Origin: Ralstonia sp. UBA689 | GTDB taxonomy: Bacteria; Pseudomonadota; Gammaproteobacteria; Burkholderiales; Burkholderiaceae | NCBI RefSeq assembly: GCF_002298975.1 | Contig: NZ_DBMV01000024.1 | Span: 133,777-165,776, forward strand | Length of the DNA: 32,000 nt | Direction of reading: 5' to 3' | In this document: in pieces, positions 1 through 9,238 of the stretch | Layout: each line of letters begins with the position of its first letter | Position numbering within the stretch: position 1 is the first letter of the stretch | The notes under the pieces: generated by a model | Seen by the model: the letters and a program-made list of their open reading frames with translations, nothing else | Told to the model about the DNA's origin: nothing | Database searches by the model: none | Translations under genes and position numbers: made by a program

Positions 1-2
1 GA

Positions 3-1151
3 ACACGCGAGTTCTACCAGACGCGGGCCGACATCACCCGGCAACTGATCGAGCGCTGCGGTTTTGATGCGGTAGCCATCGAGGGCGACTGGCCCGACGT
101 ATGGCGAATCAACCGCTACGTTCAGGCAGAGAGCAACGATACGGCGGCCGAGTCCTTGAGCGATTTCCGGCGTTTTCCGGAATGGATGTGGCGCAACCAG
201 GAAACGCTGGACTTCATCACATGGCTGCGTGAGTACAACACGCCGTTGCCCGCGTCCGAGCGCGTTGGTGTCTATGGGCTCGATCTGTATAGCCTGTATC
301 GATCTGCCGAGGCCGTGGTCGAGTACCTGGAGAAGAACGACCCGGACCAGGCGGCCGTGGCGCGCCTGCACTATGCGGCGCTCGACCACGTGCGCGAGCC
401 GATGACGTATGGCTACGAGGCGGCTTCGGGGCTCAGATTGCCCGCCCAGCGTGAGGTGATCGAGCAACTGCGCAGGCTCAGGGCGAGCGAGACGAAGTTG
501 ATCGAGCAGGATGGCGTCGCGGCAGTGGATTCGCACTTCTTTGCCGAGCAGAACGCGATCGTCGTGGTCAATGCCGAGGCGTATTACCGTGAATCGTTCG
601 GCCGGCGCGTCAACACCTGGAACCTGCGCGACGCGCACATGGCGCAGACTTTGTTTGCCCTGGCGGCCTATCGCCGCCGGCGCGGCGGTACGGGGCGCGT
701 GGTGGTATGGGCGCACAACTCGCACCTGGGCGACGCTCGCGCAACGGAATCTGCGGGTCGGCGCGAGTGGAACCTTGGGCAACTCGTGCGGGAACAGGTG
801 CACAGCGCCGCGCTGCTCGTCGGGTTCACCACCTATACGGGCCATGTCTGCGCGGCATCGGAGTGGGGCGGCGAGCCCGAAACGAAATGGGTCAGGCCCG
901 CCCGTCCGGATAGCTGGGAACATTTGTTCCATAGCACCGGTCTGGATCGATTCTTCCTGCCACTTGGCGATGCAGCACCTGCGGTGTTTCGCGAGCCGCT
1001 GCTGGAGCGGGCGATCGGTGTTCTCTACCTGCCGAAGACCGAGTACGCCTCGCATTACTTTGAAGCCACCATCGGTGACCAGTTCGATGCGCTGTTCCAC
1101 CTGGACGAAACCTCCGCCATCGAGCCGCTGAGCGCCGCATTGCTTTCCTGA
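3..1151 (+). CDS. erythromycin esterase-family protein, 5' end outside window
   Basis: Frame 3 is open from base 3 (TREFYQTRADITRQLIERCGFDAVAIEGDWPDVWRINRYV...) and runs into track ORF 156..1151, so the TTG at 156 is internal. The sequence pattern recalls erythromycin-esterase-like proteins. Stop is TGA at 1149-1151. Confidence 0.7.
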   Translation, partial: TREFYQTRADITRQLIERCGFDAVAIEGDWPDVWRINRYVQAESNDTAAESLSDFRRFPEWMWRNQETLDFITWLREYNTPLPASERVGVYGLDLYSLYRSAEAVVEYLEKNDPDQAAVARLHYAALDHVREPMTYGYEAASGLRLPAQREVIEQLRRLRASETKLIEQDGVAAVDSHFFAEQNAIVVVNAEAYYRESFGRRVNTWNLRDAHMAQTLFALAAYRRRRGGTGRVVVWAHNSHLGDARATESAGRREWNLGQLVREQVHSAALLVGFTTYTGHVCAASEWGGEPETKWVRPARPDSWEHLFHSTGLDRFFLPLGDAAPAVFREPLLERAIGVLYLPKTEYASHYFEATIGDQFDALFHLDETSAIEPLSAALLS

Positions 1152-1167
1152 TCGTCGACGTGCAAGG

Positions 1168-1181
1168 TTGCTCCACATCAA
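1168..1181. promoter_or_regulatory. FNR/Anr-like box TTGCT-ccac-ATCAA (9/10 to TTGAT-N4-ATCAA)
   Basis: Read directly. It lies in the 94-bp gap between the stop at 1151 and the ATG at 1246, with its centre about 72 bp upstream of the ATG. Confidence 0.5.
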
Positions 1182-1245
1182 CGCCCTCCAGCACAGATGG
1201 GCCATTGTGGATAAAGGAATGCGTTGAATTCTTGAGGAGTCGATT

Positions 1246-1911
1246 ATGCCGCGCATAGGCCACCTTCTGTCCGCCGCGCTGTTCGCTACATGTCTGGCAT
1301 CCGTGGGCGTGGCGTCCGCCCAAGCGCCCGCACCGTCGCCAACGCCAGAAGCGCAACGCCAGGCGTACTCCGACTTCTGCACGCAATTGCGCAATGCGCG
1401 AACGCCGGCGGAGCGCCGTGCCCTGATGCACCGCATGCGCGACATCCGGGGCCCGAATGAAGCTGGCGGCATGCGCCGGCATATGCAAAACGGTCGACCC
1501 GGCGCAATGATGGATCGGCCGTCGTGGCGGGCCATGCGCGAGATGGGGTGCCTGGACGAGCCGGCCGGCGCTGGCGTGGTGACGCCGAAAATACAAGGCG
1601 GCGTTACCTACGTCTCGGGCGGGGTTGGGCAAGACGAGGTTGAAGCCATGCACCGCATAGCACGCGACTACAGCGTGCGTCTGACGTTCGTGGGCAAGGG
1701 TGGTGAGTATCTTTCCGACATTGACACACACATCCGCACCGCGCGCGGGGCCGCTGTGCTTGCTGTCGTGTCCGAAGGGCCGTTGCTGTATGTCCGCCTT
1801 CCGAGCGGCAGCTATCGAGTCAGCGCGTCTTACAACGGCGAGGAAAAGCAGACGACGATCACGGTGCCGGCACATGGCGCGGTGGTGCATACCATGGCTT
1901 GGCCGCACTGA
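1246..1911 (+). CDS. secreted hypothetical protein (signal peptide; C-terminal beta-rich domain)
   Basis: The ATG is preceded by GAGGAG. The N-terminus MPRIGHLLSAALFATCLASVGVASAQA looks like a Sec signal peptide. The composition is coding-like and no family is firmly recognised. Confidence 0.7.
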   Translation: MPRIGHLLSAALFATCLASVGVASAQAPAPSPTPEAQRQAYSDFCTQLRNARTPAERRALMHRMRDIRGPNEAGGMRRHMQNGRPGAMMDRPSWRAMREMGCLDEPAGAGVVTPKIQGGVTYVSGGVGQDEVEAMHRIARDYSVRLTFVGKGGEYLSDIDTHIRTARGAAVLAVVSEGPLLYVRLPSGSYRVSASYNGEEKQTTITVPAHGAVVHTMAWPH

Positions 1912-1974
1912 GTAGCCTAGTGGGCGGATGCGATGGAACACTCGCGACCGCCACGATCCCGCCAACGTGCCGCG

Positions 1975-3612
1975 CTAGGCGTAGCCGGTATCGAACATTG
2001 TTGCGTTCGTGGCGTCACCCGCCCCGTCAGCCTGCTCCTGGCGCACGTTGGCGATCATGCAATCCGTGGTCAACAACAGAGCAGCGATTGAGACGGCGTT
2101 CTGCAAGGCGGTGCGTACCACCTTGACGGGGTCGACTACGCCCAATTCGAGCATGTCGCCATAGCGGTCGGAGGCGGCGTCATAGCCATGCGACCCCGCA
2201 CCGGCCAGCACCTGATGGACGACAGCCTGTGCGTCGGCTCCCGCATTGGCAGCGATCTGCAGCATGGGGGCAGCCAGTGCGGTATGGACGATGCGGGCAC
2301 CTGCGTGCTGTTCGACGTTGGGCGCTTCCCAGGCATCGATTGCAGCCCGGGCGCGGAGTAGCGCCACCCCGCCGCCGGGCACAATGCCTTCCTCAACGGC
2401 CGCGCGCGTTGCGTGCAATGCATCCTGGAAACGGTTCTTGCGTTCGTGCAGCGCCGTCTCCGTGGCCGCGCCCACCTTGATGACGGCAACCCCGCCACTC
2501 AAGCGGGCAAGCCGGTGTTGAAGCTGCTCGCGGTCATAGTCTGTCTTGGCCTCGGCAGCCTGCCCGCGCAGCAGCGCAATACGGCGCTCGACCTCGGCTT
2601 TGGCCGTATCGCCGGCAATGAGGGTCGTCGCGTCCTTGGTGATTTCAATGCGGTGTGCCTGGCCAAGGTGTTCGAGCGTGGCGTGCTCGAGCCAAACCCC
2701 CGTTTGTGACGAGATGATGGTGCCGCCGGTCAGCGCTGCCAGATCCGCCAGTTGCTCGGTGCGGGACTCACCGAAGCCCGGCGAGCGGATGGCGCAGTTC
2801 TTGAGCGTGCCGCGCAGGTTGTTGACAACGAGCGTGGCCAGCGCTTCGCCTTCCACGTCATTGGCAATGACAAGCAACGGTTTGCCCGTGCTGGATACGG
2901 CTTCGAGCACGGGCAGCAATTGGGCAACCGAGGCAATGGTGGCGTCGCACAGCAGCACCCAAGGCGCTTCCAGGATGACAGCGCGGCTTTCGGTCGTCGC
3001 AAAAAAAGGGGAGAGATAGCCGCGATCCACGCGCGCACCCTTTGCAATCTCCAACTGGTCATCCAGCTTGGAGCCATCTTCCACGCTGATGGCGCCATCC
3101 TTGCCCACCTGTTCAACCGCTCGCGCAACCAGCGAACCGACGGTCTGGTCTCCGCTGGCTGAGATCGTGGCGATCTGCCGCATTTCGTCGACCGTGGTGC
3201 AGGGCTGCGCCATATTGCGCAACTGCTGCGCGACCACTGCCCCGGCTGCTTCGATGCCGCGTTTGAGCTGCATCGGATCATGCCCCGCTTCCACGTACTT
3301 GACGCCTTCGGACACGATGGCATGCGCCAATGTAGTGGCCGTGGTCGTGCCGTCTCCGGCTACCTCGCTGGTGCGCACGGCGGCTTCGCACAGCAGACGC
3401 GCGCCCATATCGGCAAACGGCTCGCGCAATGAGATTGCACGCGCCACTACCACCCCCGAATTGGCAATCATGGGCCCGGTGCCGGGCTGTTCGATGATCA
3501 CGTTGCGCCCGCCCGGCCCCAGTGTCACCTTGACGGCGCGGGCCAGCAGGTCGATGCCGTTGAGCATCATCCTGCGGGCGGCTTGATGAAAGACCAGGGT
3601 CTTGGCTGTCAT
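1975..3612 (-). CDS. groEL: chaperonin GroEL (Cpn60) paralog
   Basis: The translation MTAKTLVFHQAARRMMLNGIDLLARAVKVTLGPGGRNVIIEQ...EVAGDGTTTATTLAHAIV... carries the canonical GroEL N-terminus and the GDGTTTAT ATP-binding motif. The start is taken at the ATG at 3612 (MTAKTL) rather than the track start at 3651. The C-terminus lacks the GGM repeat tail. Confidence 0.9.
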   Translation of the reverse strand: MTAKTLVFHQAARRMMLNGIDLLARAVKVTLGPGGRNVIIEQPGTGPMIANSGVVVARAISLREPFADMGARLLCEAAVRTSEVAGDGTTTATTLAHAIVSEGVKYVEAGHDPMQLKRGIEAAGAVVAQQLRNMAQPCTTVDEMRQIATISASGDQTVGSLVARAVEQVGKDGAISVEDGSKLDDQLEIAKGARVDRGYLSPFFATTESRAVILEAPWVLLCDATIASVAQLLPVLEAVSSTGKPLLVIANDVEGEALATLVVNNLRGTLKNCAIRSPGFGESRTEQLADLAALTGGTIISSQTGVWLEHATLEHLGQAHRIEITKDATTLIAGDTAKAEVERRIALLRGQAAEAKTDYDREQLQHRLARLSGGVAVIKVGAATETALHERKNRFQDALHATRAAVEEGIVPGGGVALLRARAAIDAWEAPNVEQHAGARIVHTALAAPMLQIAANAGADAQAVVHQVLAGAGSHGYDAASDRYGDMLELGVVDPVKVVRTALQNAVSIAALLLTTDCMIANVRQEQADGAGDATNATMFDTGYA

Positions 3613-3703
3613 GGTTGCCTTGTCATCGGTAAGAAGCGCCGCCGCGCGCACCCAAGCACGAAACGGAAGACGGGTTGCGGGCCACTAGTTGCAGAGCGCA
3701 ACG

Positions 3704-4204
3704 CTATCGGGTCCATTGCACGTGCAGTTCGGTTTCGGCGTTGCCATAGTCGAACGTCAGATGCCCATGGAAAGCGTGATGGATTGCGTGGCCGATATCG
3801 CGGGCCAGGTGGAACCCTGTCGTCATGATTTCCGTGCCATCGGCCGTGCTCTCGACGGCCATGATGCGCTCCATCGGGTGATCTGCGCGCAACGCGGCTT
3901 CACGATGGCGGGCGAGCGTGAGTATTTCTTCTCGATGGGCCGTTTCGAAGTCGCCCGAGAGGCGGATTCGTGCCGCCGGCACGCGGTCCGCCGAGCGATG
4001 ACATGCCGAGCAAACCACCGTGTTTGCGCCGGGTGGCGGATTTCGCCACTGCCATCGGCCCTTCAGAAAAACTGCTCCGCACACCGGGCAGCAGCTTGCC
4101 GCTGGTGTCTTGTCGGGTTGCCTGTAATGCTCATGGATCGGTTCAACGACAAACGGGCTCCAGCGTGCCGGTCGAATCCGTTCGGATTGGGAACGCAATT
4201 TCAT
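3704..4204 (-). CDS. BCAM0308-family zinc-ribbon protein
   Basis: The ATG at 4204 is preceded by AGGAG. Two CxxC pairs are present (CCPVCGAVF... and VCSACHRS). The sequence MKLRSQSERIRPARWSPFVVEPIHEHYRQPDK... resembles the conserved BCAM0308 family. It lies 91 bp upstream of groEL and is co-oriented with it. Confidence 0.7.
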   Translation of the reverse strand: MKLRSQSERIRPARWSPFVVEPIHEHYRQPDKTPAASCCPVCGAVFLKGRWQWRNPPPGANTVVCSACHRSADRVPAARIRLSGDFETAHREEILTLARHREAALRADHPMERIMAVESTADGTEIMTTGFHLARDIGHAIHHAFHGHLTFDYGNAETELHVQWTR

Positions 4205-4309
4205 GTTGACTCCTGTTGATCGCAGATCTGCCGATGCGCAGCGCACGCCGGTCTGACGTGTGCGTGCGGTTGGACACTTCTTAGATTAACCAGCCCGATG
4301 CGCTACGGG

Positions 4310-4323
4310 TTGGGCTGGATCAA
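4310..4323. promoter_or_regulatory. FNR/Anr-like box TTGGG-ctgg-ATCAA (8/10)
   Basis: Read directly. It is intergenic, with its centre about 112 bp upstream of the 4204 start on the minus strand. Confidence 0.35.
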
Positions 4324-4529
4324 GCGAACCGTCGACACTCGAAAAGACGCGCTTGCGACGGCACAGCAGGCATACGTTGGCGCGGCAGGATGACGGTCAT
4401 ATCGCTTTGGCAACATCGAACCCGGCAACCTCGGCAGGGCCCAAACGGATGCCCAGCAAGGTCGCCAGAATTTTGATGGCGGTGCAGCGGGCCATGATGG
4501 GTTGGGTGTGCCGGTGTTCGGCTGTTACC

Positions 4530-5444
4530 TCATGGCACCGCGGGCTTCCAACTCTCGTCCGGGTCGTACGCCCGCAAGTGGCGTGCGATTTCGGCGGTGC
4601 GCGGGCCGAGATTCTTTTGGTAGACGACGCCGTTCTGATTGACGATGAAGGTCATCACGCCAGACGAGCCGAATTCCGCCGGAAAGGCGACCAGCGCGAA
4701 TCCACCCGTCATCCGCCCGCCCACGACATAGTCGTGTGCACCACCGGGCGCGTGCTTTCCTTGCTGGGTCAAGATATGGAAGAGATAGCCATGGAACGGA
4801 GCGCTCGTCGCCTTGCCTGCGGAGCCGTGGCTTCGGGCATTGGCTGCATCGGCAGCGGCGACGAGGGGCCCCAGAGGGCTGTCTTCTGTGCCGCCCGAGG
4901 CCTTCCAATACAGGCCATCGCGCTTGCCTTGTGAACTGGCAATGCGTTGTGCGAATTCGGGCTGTCCATCGGCGGTGCGGTGCGATGTGCCGTAGCTCAG
5001 TTGGGCTTCAACATACGCACGGCAAACGTGGATGGCATGGGCTTCGTGATGGCCGATGCGCCGATCGAGGATCTGCTTTGCGCCGGCTTTCGTATCAAAG
5101 CGCCAACGCGTTCCCTGCATTTCCAGCGGGATCGGGTAGGGCCAATCGTCTTTGCCCAGGATGATGACGGCGTGGCCGGCACCATCGTTTTCGATGCGAT
5201 GCGCCTCGTCGTACGCGGCTGCAAGTCTGCTTCGGGCGATCTGTTCTCCGATCGGGTCGCCAGAGCGGACCAGCTTTGTCCCATCGGGGCCGAACAAAGC
5301 GAGCAGGGCTTCCGTGCTGCCGCTATGCCATGCCGATGCCAATGCCTCCGCAGCCTCCTCGGGCGAGGAAAACGCTTGCTGGGTGGGCCGGTCGGCCCAC
5401 GTCGGAAGACACGTCATCAAGGCGGCCAGCGCAGCCAGACGCAT
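4530..5444 (-). CDS. DUF2950 family secreted protein
   Basis: MRLAALAALMTCLPTWA looks like a signal peptide. The C-terminal FHGYLFHILTQQGKHAPGGAHDYVVGGRMTGGFALVAFPAEFGSSGVMTFIVNQNGVVYQKNLG is the hallmark DUF2950 block. The start is taken at the ATG at 5444. Confidence 0.8.
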   Translation of the reverse strand: MRLAALAALMTCLPTWADRPTQQAFSSPEEAAEALASAWHSGSTEALLALFGPDGTKLVRSGDPIGEQIARSRLAAAYDEAHRIENDGAGHAVIILGKDDWPYPIPLEMQGTRWRFDTKAGAKQILDRRIGHHEAHAIHVCRAYVEAQLSYGTSHRTADGQPEFAQRIASSQGKRDGLYWKASGGTEDSPLGPLVAAADAANARSHGSAGKATSAPFHGYLFHILTQQGKHAPGGAHDYVVGGRMTGGFALVAFPAEFGSSGVMTFIVNQNGVVYQKNLGPRTAEIARHLRAYDPDESWKPAVP

Positions 5445-5485
5445 GACAAGACGGCGCCAGTGAAACACTTCGCAGATCTCTCGCA

Positions 5486-6706
5486 TCATCGTCTCCGATT
5501 GCCCCCAGCAGGTGCGGCGTGCGGTGCGGAAGAACCTCTGAACGCTGGCCCGCGCGGTTGCGGCGACGGGGCCGACATGCGGCTCGACTGCCCACGTTGC
5601 GCCTGGTTGCGCACGTCTGCACCGCGTCCGAACGACTCAAATGTGGGCGGGTAGCCGGGCGACTGCGCGCGTCGTGGAGGCGGGCGGACCGCAGGCGCCT
5701 GCCCCGGCGGACGTTGGGGCGGGCCTTGCGGTGCTCGGAATACCGGGCGCGCAGGTGCAACGGGGGAAGGCCGAATCACGGAGCCCGTCGGCGTGGCCGG
5801 TGACGTCGGATAACCGCGAAAGCCGCGCCGCACGTCCGGCGAGACAGCGGCGCCACCAAAGCGCCCCGCCTGCACCGGGCCGGGATACGGAACGCCATGA
5901 CGATGCCCTGGGTCATGTGCCCAGGTCCCGCTCGGGGGCGTACGGTGGTGGTCGATGTTGCCGAAGCGTCCCCGGTCAATATCGATGTGGTGGCCGCGCC
6001 AGTTGAAGTGGCTCCAGCCCCACAGCGGGATGACCGCCGAGAACCCGACCCAGCCAAAGCCGATGCCGCCGACAACCACGCCGCCCCAGATGTCGGGAAA
6101 GAAGTAGGGCGGGTAAGCCGGATACGGCCATGGCGCGTAGACGACATACGGATCGTAGACCGGAACGTAGACGAGGTCTGGGTTGGTTGGCTCGATGATG
6201 ATGGCACCGTCCTGCGTCGACACCATCGCCTCGGTTGTTGAAGCCAGTGTGCCGGCGGCTTGGGCACGGCTGCGCAGACGTTGTATCGAATCCATCACAG
6301 CGGCTTCGTCTGCGAGGAACGCGTTGCCGACGCGCTCCGTCCAGTCGAGGTTGTCGTCCATCATGTGCAGGAGCCCGGGAAACGGCACCAGCGATTTCAC
6401 GCTCGGATCCCATGGCAGCGGCGCGAGTGCATCGGCCAGTCCATTGCCGCTGAGCCCCGCGTGGCCTGGATCCTGCAACCAGCGATCAGCCTGGACCACT
6501 TCGAGCGGATACGTGGCAGCCATGAGGATCTGGGAAACAAGCGCATCCGGATACAGGGCGATGGGAGCCAGCATCTGGTCGAGCTGCTCAGCCGTCGCTT
6601 GCGGCGGATCGTTTTCAGGAAGGTCTTGCTGAGAGAACGCCGTGTTGAACATCAGCAACAAGAAAGCCAGGGCCACTGCCAGCGGCTTCATCGATCTCGC
6701 TTTCAT
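5486..6706 (-). CDS. DUF3300 domain protein (secreted, Pro-rich C-terminus)
   Basis: GGAGG lies 8 nt upstream of the ATG at 6706. MKPLAVALAFLLLMFNTAFS looks like a signal peptide. LDQMLAPIALYPDALVSQILMAATYPLEVVQADRWL is the DUF3300 signature. Confidence 0.8.
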   Translation of the reverse strand: MKARSMKPLAVALAFLLLMFNTAFSQQDLPENDPPQATAEQLDQMLAPIALYPDALVSQILMAATYPLEVVQADRWLQDPGHAGLSGNGLADALAPLPWDPSVKSLVPFPGLLHMMDDNLDWTERVGNAFLADEAAVMDSIQRLRSRAQAAGTLASTTEAMVSTQDGAIIIEPTNPDLVYVPVYDPYVVYAPWPYPAYPPYFFPDIWGGVVVGGIGFGWVGFSAVIPLWGWSHFNWRGHHIDIDRGRFGNIDHHRTPPSGTWAHDPGHRHGVPYPGPVQAGRFGGAAVSPDVRRGFRGYPTSPATPTGSVIRPSPVAPARPVFRAPQGPPQRPPGQAPAVRPPPRRAQSPGYPPTFESFGRGADVRNQAQRGQSSRMSAPSPQPRGPAFRGSSAPHAAPAGGNRRR

Positions 6707-6796
6707 TGACTGCCTCCGCAGGAAACCGGAACGGCCAGCCGTCGAACGGACGGGTTCCTCTTGCGTTCAATATTGGGGCAGCCGCTCCGACTGCGC

Positions 6797-6810
6797 TTGA
6801 TGCGCATCAA
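6797..6810. promoter_or_regulatory. perfect FNR/Anr box TTGAT-gcgc-ATCAA
   Basis: Read directly. It lies between the ftsH stop (6844) and the DUF3300 start (6706), with its centre about 98 bp upstream of that start. Confidence 0.65.
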
Positions 6811-6843
6811 CGCTGGCCAGCATCTGCCCCCGGGCCGCCGGAC

Positions 6844-8784
6844 TCAGGGGTCTCTCCGGTCACGCCCGGAGATTTCCGTGGACGATGCATTGCTGGGCCC
6901 ACCACCCGGCTTGGGGAGCGGCATGGTTGTGACCTTGTCCGACAGGATCATGTCCAGGTCTTGTCGATCGACCACCTCCTTGTCGAGGAGCAACCGAGCC
7001 AGCGCTTCGAGCTTCGCGCGCTGGCTTTCCAGCGTGGCCGTCACACGCGTGGTTGCATCGGTCAGGACGTTGCGTACCTCGGTGTCGATCAACTGGGCCG
7101 TGTGTTCGCTGTACTCCTTACGCTCTCGCTGCGGCCATCCCGTGCCGGAAAGGAGTGGGTTCGGCACGTCTTCGTACGTCGCCAGCCCGAGTTTTTCGCT
7201 CATGCCGAATTGGGTGACCATCTGGCGGGCCATGTCGGTGGCTCGTTGTAGGTCGTTCTGCGCGCCAGTCGACACGTCGCGATAGACGATCTGCTCGGCA
7301 ACGTAGCCGCCCAACAGCACGTCGAGCCGGTCGAGCAGCTCGCTGTGCTTGAGCAGGTAGCGGTCTTCCGTGGGTGTTTGCTGTGTGTAGCCGAGCGCGG
7401 CGACACCTCTGGGGATGATGGAAACCTTGGAGACGCGATCCGCCAGCGGTCGATGTTCCGCAACGATGGCATGACCCGCTTCGTGGTAGGCGATGGTCTC
7501 CTTTTCCTTGGGATTCATCACGCGGTTCTTTTTTTCGAGCCCGCCAACGATACGGTCCAGCGCTTCGTCAAAATCTGCCGTCTCGACGGCTGCTTTGCCT
7601 TTGCGGGCCGCCAGGAGCGCGGCTTCGTTGACGAGGTTGGCGAGGTCTGCCCCGGCAAAGCCTGGGGTTCGGGCGGCGATCTTGTTCAACTCCACGTCGC
7701 TTCCGAGCGTGACGTTCTTGACGTGAACCTGAAGAATCTGCTCGCGCCCCTTGAGATCCGGCCGGTCCAGCGCGATATGGCGGTCAAACCGGCCCGGGCG
7801 CAATAGCGCGGGATCCAGTGTCTCGGGGCGGTTGGTGGCCGCCATGATGATGACGCCCTTGTTGCTGTCAAAACCGTCCATCTCAACCAGAAGCTGGTTC
7901 AGGGTCTGCTCGCGCTCTTCGTTACCGCCGATCATGCTCAGCGCGCGGGTTTTGCCCAAGGCGTCGAGCTCATCGATGAAGATGATGCACGGCGCCATGG
8001 TTTCGGCCTGGCTGAACAGATCGCGCACGCGCGCGGCGCCGACGCCCACGAACATCTCGACAAAATCGGAGCCGCTCATGCTGAAGAACGGGACAGCGGC
8101 CTCACCCGCGACTGCCTTGGCCAACAGCGTCTTGCCCGTGCCGGGAGCGCCGACAATCAGCACCCCTTTGGGAATCCTGCCGCCCAGGCGCTGGTATCGC
8201 TGCGGATCCTTCAGGAAGTTGACGATTTCCGACAACTCTTCCTTGGCTTCATCGATACCGGCAACATCGGCAAAGGTCACACCGGTCTCTTTCTGCATGT
8301 AGACCTTTGCCTTGCTCTTGCCGATCCCCATCAAACCGTTGGCGGCGCCCCCCATACGCCGCATGAGGAAACTCCAGACGGCAAAGAACAGGAGCGCAGG
8401 CACCACCCACGAGAGGATGGAACTTAACCACTTGTTGTCGGGGCGACCAACGAAACGCACCTTGGCGGCTTCCAGCTCCGGGATCAGTGCCGGATCGTTC
8501 ACACGAAGTGTGGTGAAGGCACGATCAGCCTTACCTGTGCGGCGTATCTCATCGACCTGCTGCTTCGTGAGGAGCGTCTCGATGCCCTCAGTGGAAAACG
8601 TACCGGTGATGTCCTGTTCACCAATGGATACATCCTTGAGCTTGCCCGATTTCAGCAGGAGCTTGAAATCGCTGTAGGGAAGCGTCTCGAACTGGTCGGA
8701 CACGAACAGCGTCTGGACCGCGAGCATCATCAATATGACCGCGATGGCGTACCAGAGAGAAAACCTTTGCTGCTGCGGTTCCAT
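6844..8784 (-). CDS. ftsH: ATP-dependent zinc metalloprotease FtsH (paralog)
   Basis: Walker [19 protein letters not shown], the AAA second region of homology, the zinc motif HEAGHAIV, and an N-terminal TM ([20 protein letters not shown]) are present. The start is preferred at the ATG at 8784 (MEPQQQ) because the FNR box at 8880 would place a transcription start near 8845, downstream of the track start at 8850. Confidence 0.9.
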   Translation of the reverse strand: MEPQQQRFSLWYAIAVILMMLAVQTLFVSDQFETLPYSDFKLLLKSGKLKDVSIGEQDITGTFSTEGIETLLTKQQVDEIRRTGKADRAFTTLRVNDPALIPELEAAKVRFVGRPDNKWLSSILSWVVPALLFFAVWSFLMRRMGGAANGLMGIGKSKAKVYMQKETGVTFADVAGIDEAKEELSEIVNFLKDPQRYQRLGGRIPKGVLIVGAPGTGKTLLAKAVAGEAAVPFFSMSGSDFVEMFVGVGAARVRDLFSQAETMAPCIIFIDELDALGKTRALSMIGGNEEREQTLNQLLVEMDGFDSNKGVIIMAATNRPETLDPALLRPGRFDRHIALDRPDLKGREQILQVHVKNVTLGSDVELNKIAARTPGFAGADLANLVNEAALLAARKGKAAVETADFDEALDRIVGGLEKKNRVMNPKEKETIAYHEAGHAIVAEHRPLADRVSKVSIIPRGVAALGYTQQTPTEDRYLLKHSELLDRLDVLLGGYVAEQIVYRDVSTGAQNDLQRATDMARQMVTQFGMSEKLGLATYEDVPNPLLSGTGWPQRERKEYSEHTAQLIDTEVRNVLTDATTRVTATLESQRAKLEALARLLLDKEVVDRQDLDMILSDKVTTMPLPKPGGGPSNASSTEISGRDRRDP

Positions 8785-8879
8785 GCCGTCTTGTCCTCTG
8801 TCGGCGTCGCTCAATGTCGAACTGTCGTGATGAACATACAAGGCCGGCATTCATCTTCGCGCCTTCACCCGGCGGGCAG

Positions 8880-8893
8880 TTGATGCGGATCAA
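8880..8893. promoter_or_regulatory. perfect FNR/Anr box TTGAT-gcgg-ATCAA
   Basis: Read directly. It is intergenic, between the stop at 8989 and ftsH, with its centre about 102 bp upstream of the ATG at 8784. Confidence 0.65.
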
Positions 8894-8988
8894 CGGATCG
8901 GGCGGGCACCGAAGATTCAAACGATCTGACCAAGTCAATGTTGCCGCGCGGCACAAGTGCTTGATGAGAGACCCACACGCTCCATCAT

Positions 8989-9234
8989 CTATCGGCAGTG
9001 CGCGCGTGCCGGCGGAAACAGGCGCCAACAACCCGCCTGATGGCGAAAGAAGACGATGGCGAGCGGCCGCGTTGAAGTGGCCAGCTCGGCCCGCACGCAA
9101 CCACACTCGAACCCCGGACAGTGCAGGCGCGTGATCCGCAAATGCGGCGTATCGCTTGGGCCAAACCATTTGGCGATCAGCTCGCGCAGTGAAGTGCTGT
9201 CGTGGACCATCCCGGCCTCCATCGCCTTTTTCAT
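8989..9234 (-). CDS. small hypothetical protein (partner of the LRAT-like gene)
   Basis: The ATG at 9234 lies 4 nt after the LRAT-like stop (9239-9241), which suggests co-transcription. The block PLAIVFFRHQAGCWRLFPP recalls small conserved Burkholderiales proteins. The start is uncertain because of internal Met codons. Confidence 0.45.
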   Translation of the reverse strand: MKKAMEAGMVHDSTSLRELIAKWFGPSDTPHLRITRLHCPGFECGCVRAELATSTRPLAIVFFRHQAGCWRLFPPARAHCR

Positions 9235-9238
9235 GCCT

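Noticed and set aside
892-1965. 357-aa minus-strand ORF spanning two plus-strand genes
   Set aside because: It is antisense to two well-supported CDSs and has an Arg/His/Pro/Ala-rich composition typical of spurious open frames in high-GC DNA. No RBS or recognisable motif is present.
4216-4229. TTGAT-cgca-GATCT, considered as another FNR-type box
   Set aside because: Only the left half-site matches. It lies 12 bp from the start codon, inside the RBS region, which is not a plausible activator position.
4353-4934. 193-aa plus-strand ORF starting in the 4247-4529 gap
   Set aside because: It has a TTG start without an RBS. Most of it overlaps the DUF2950 gene antisense, and the composition is not protein-like. 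The gap is better explained as a promoter region carrying the box at 4310.
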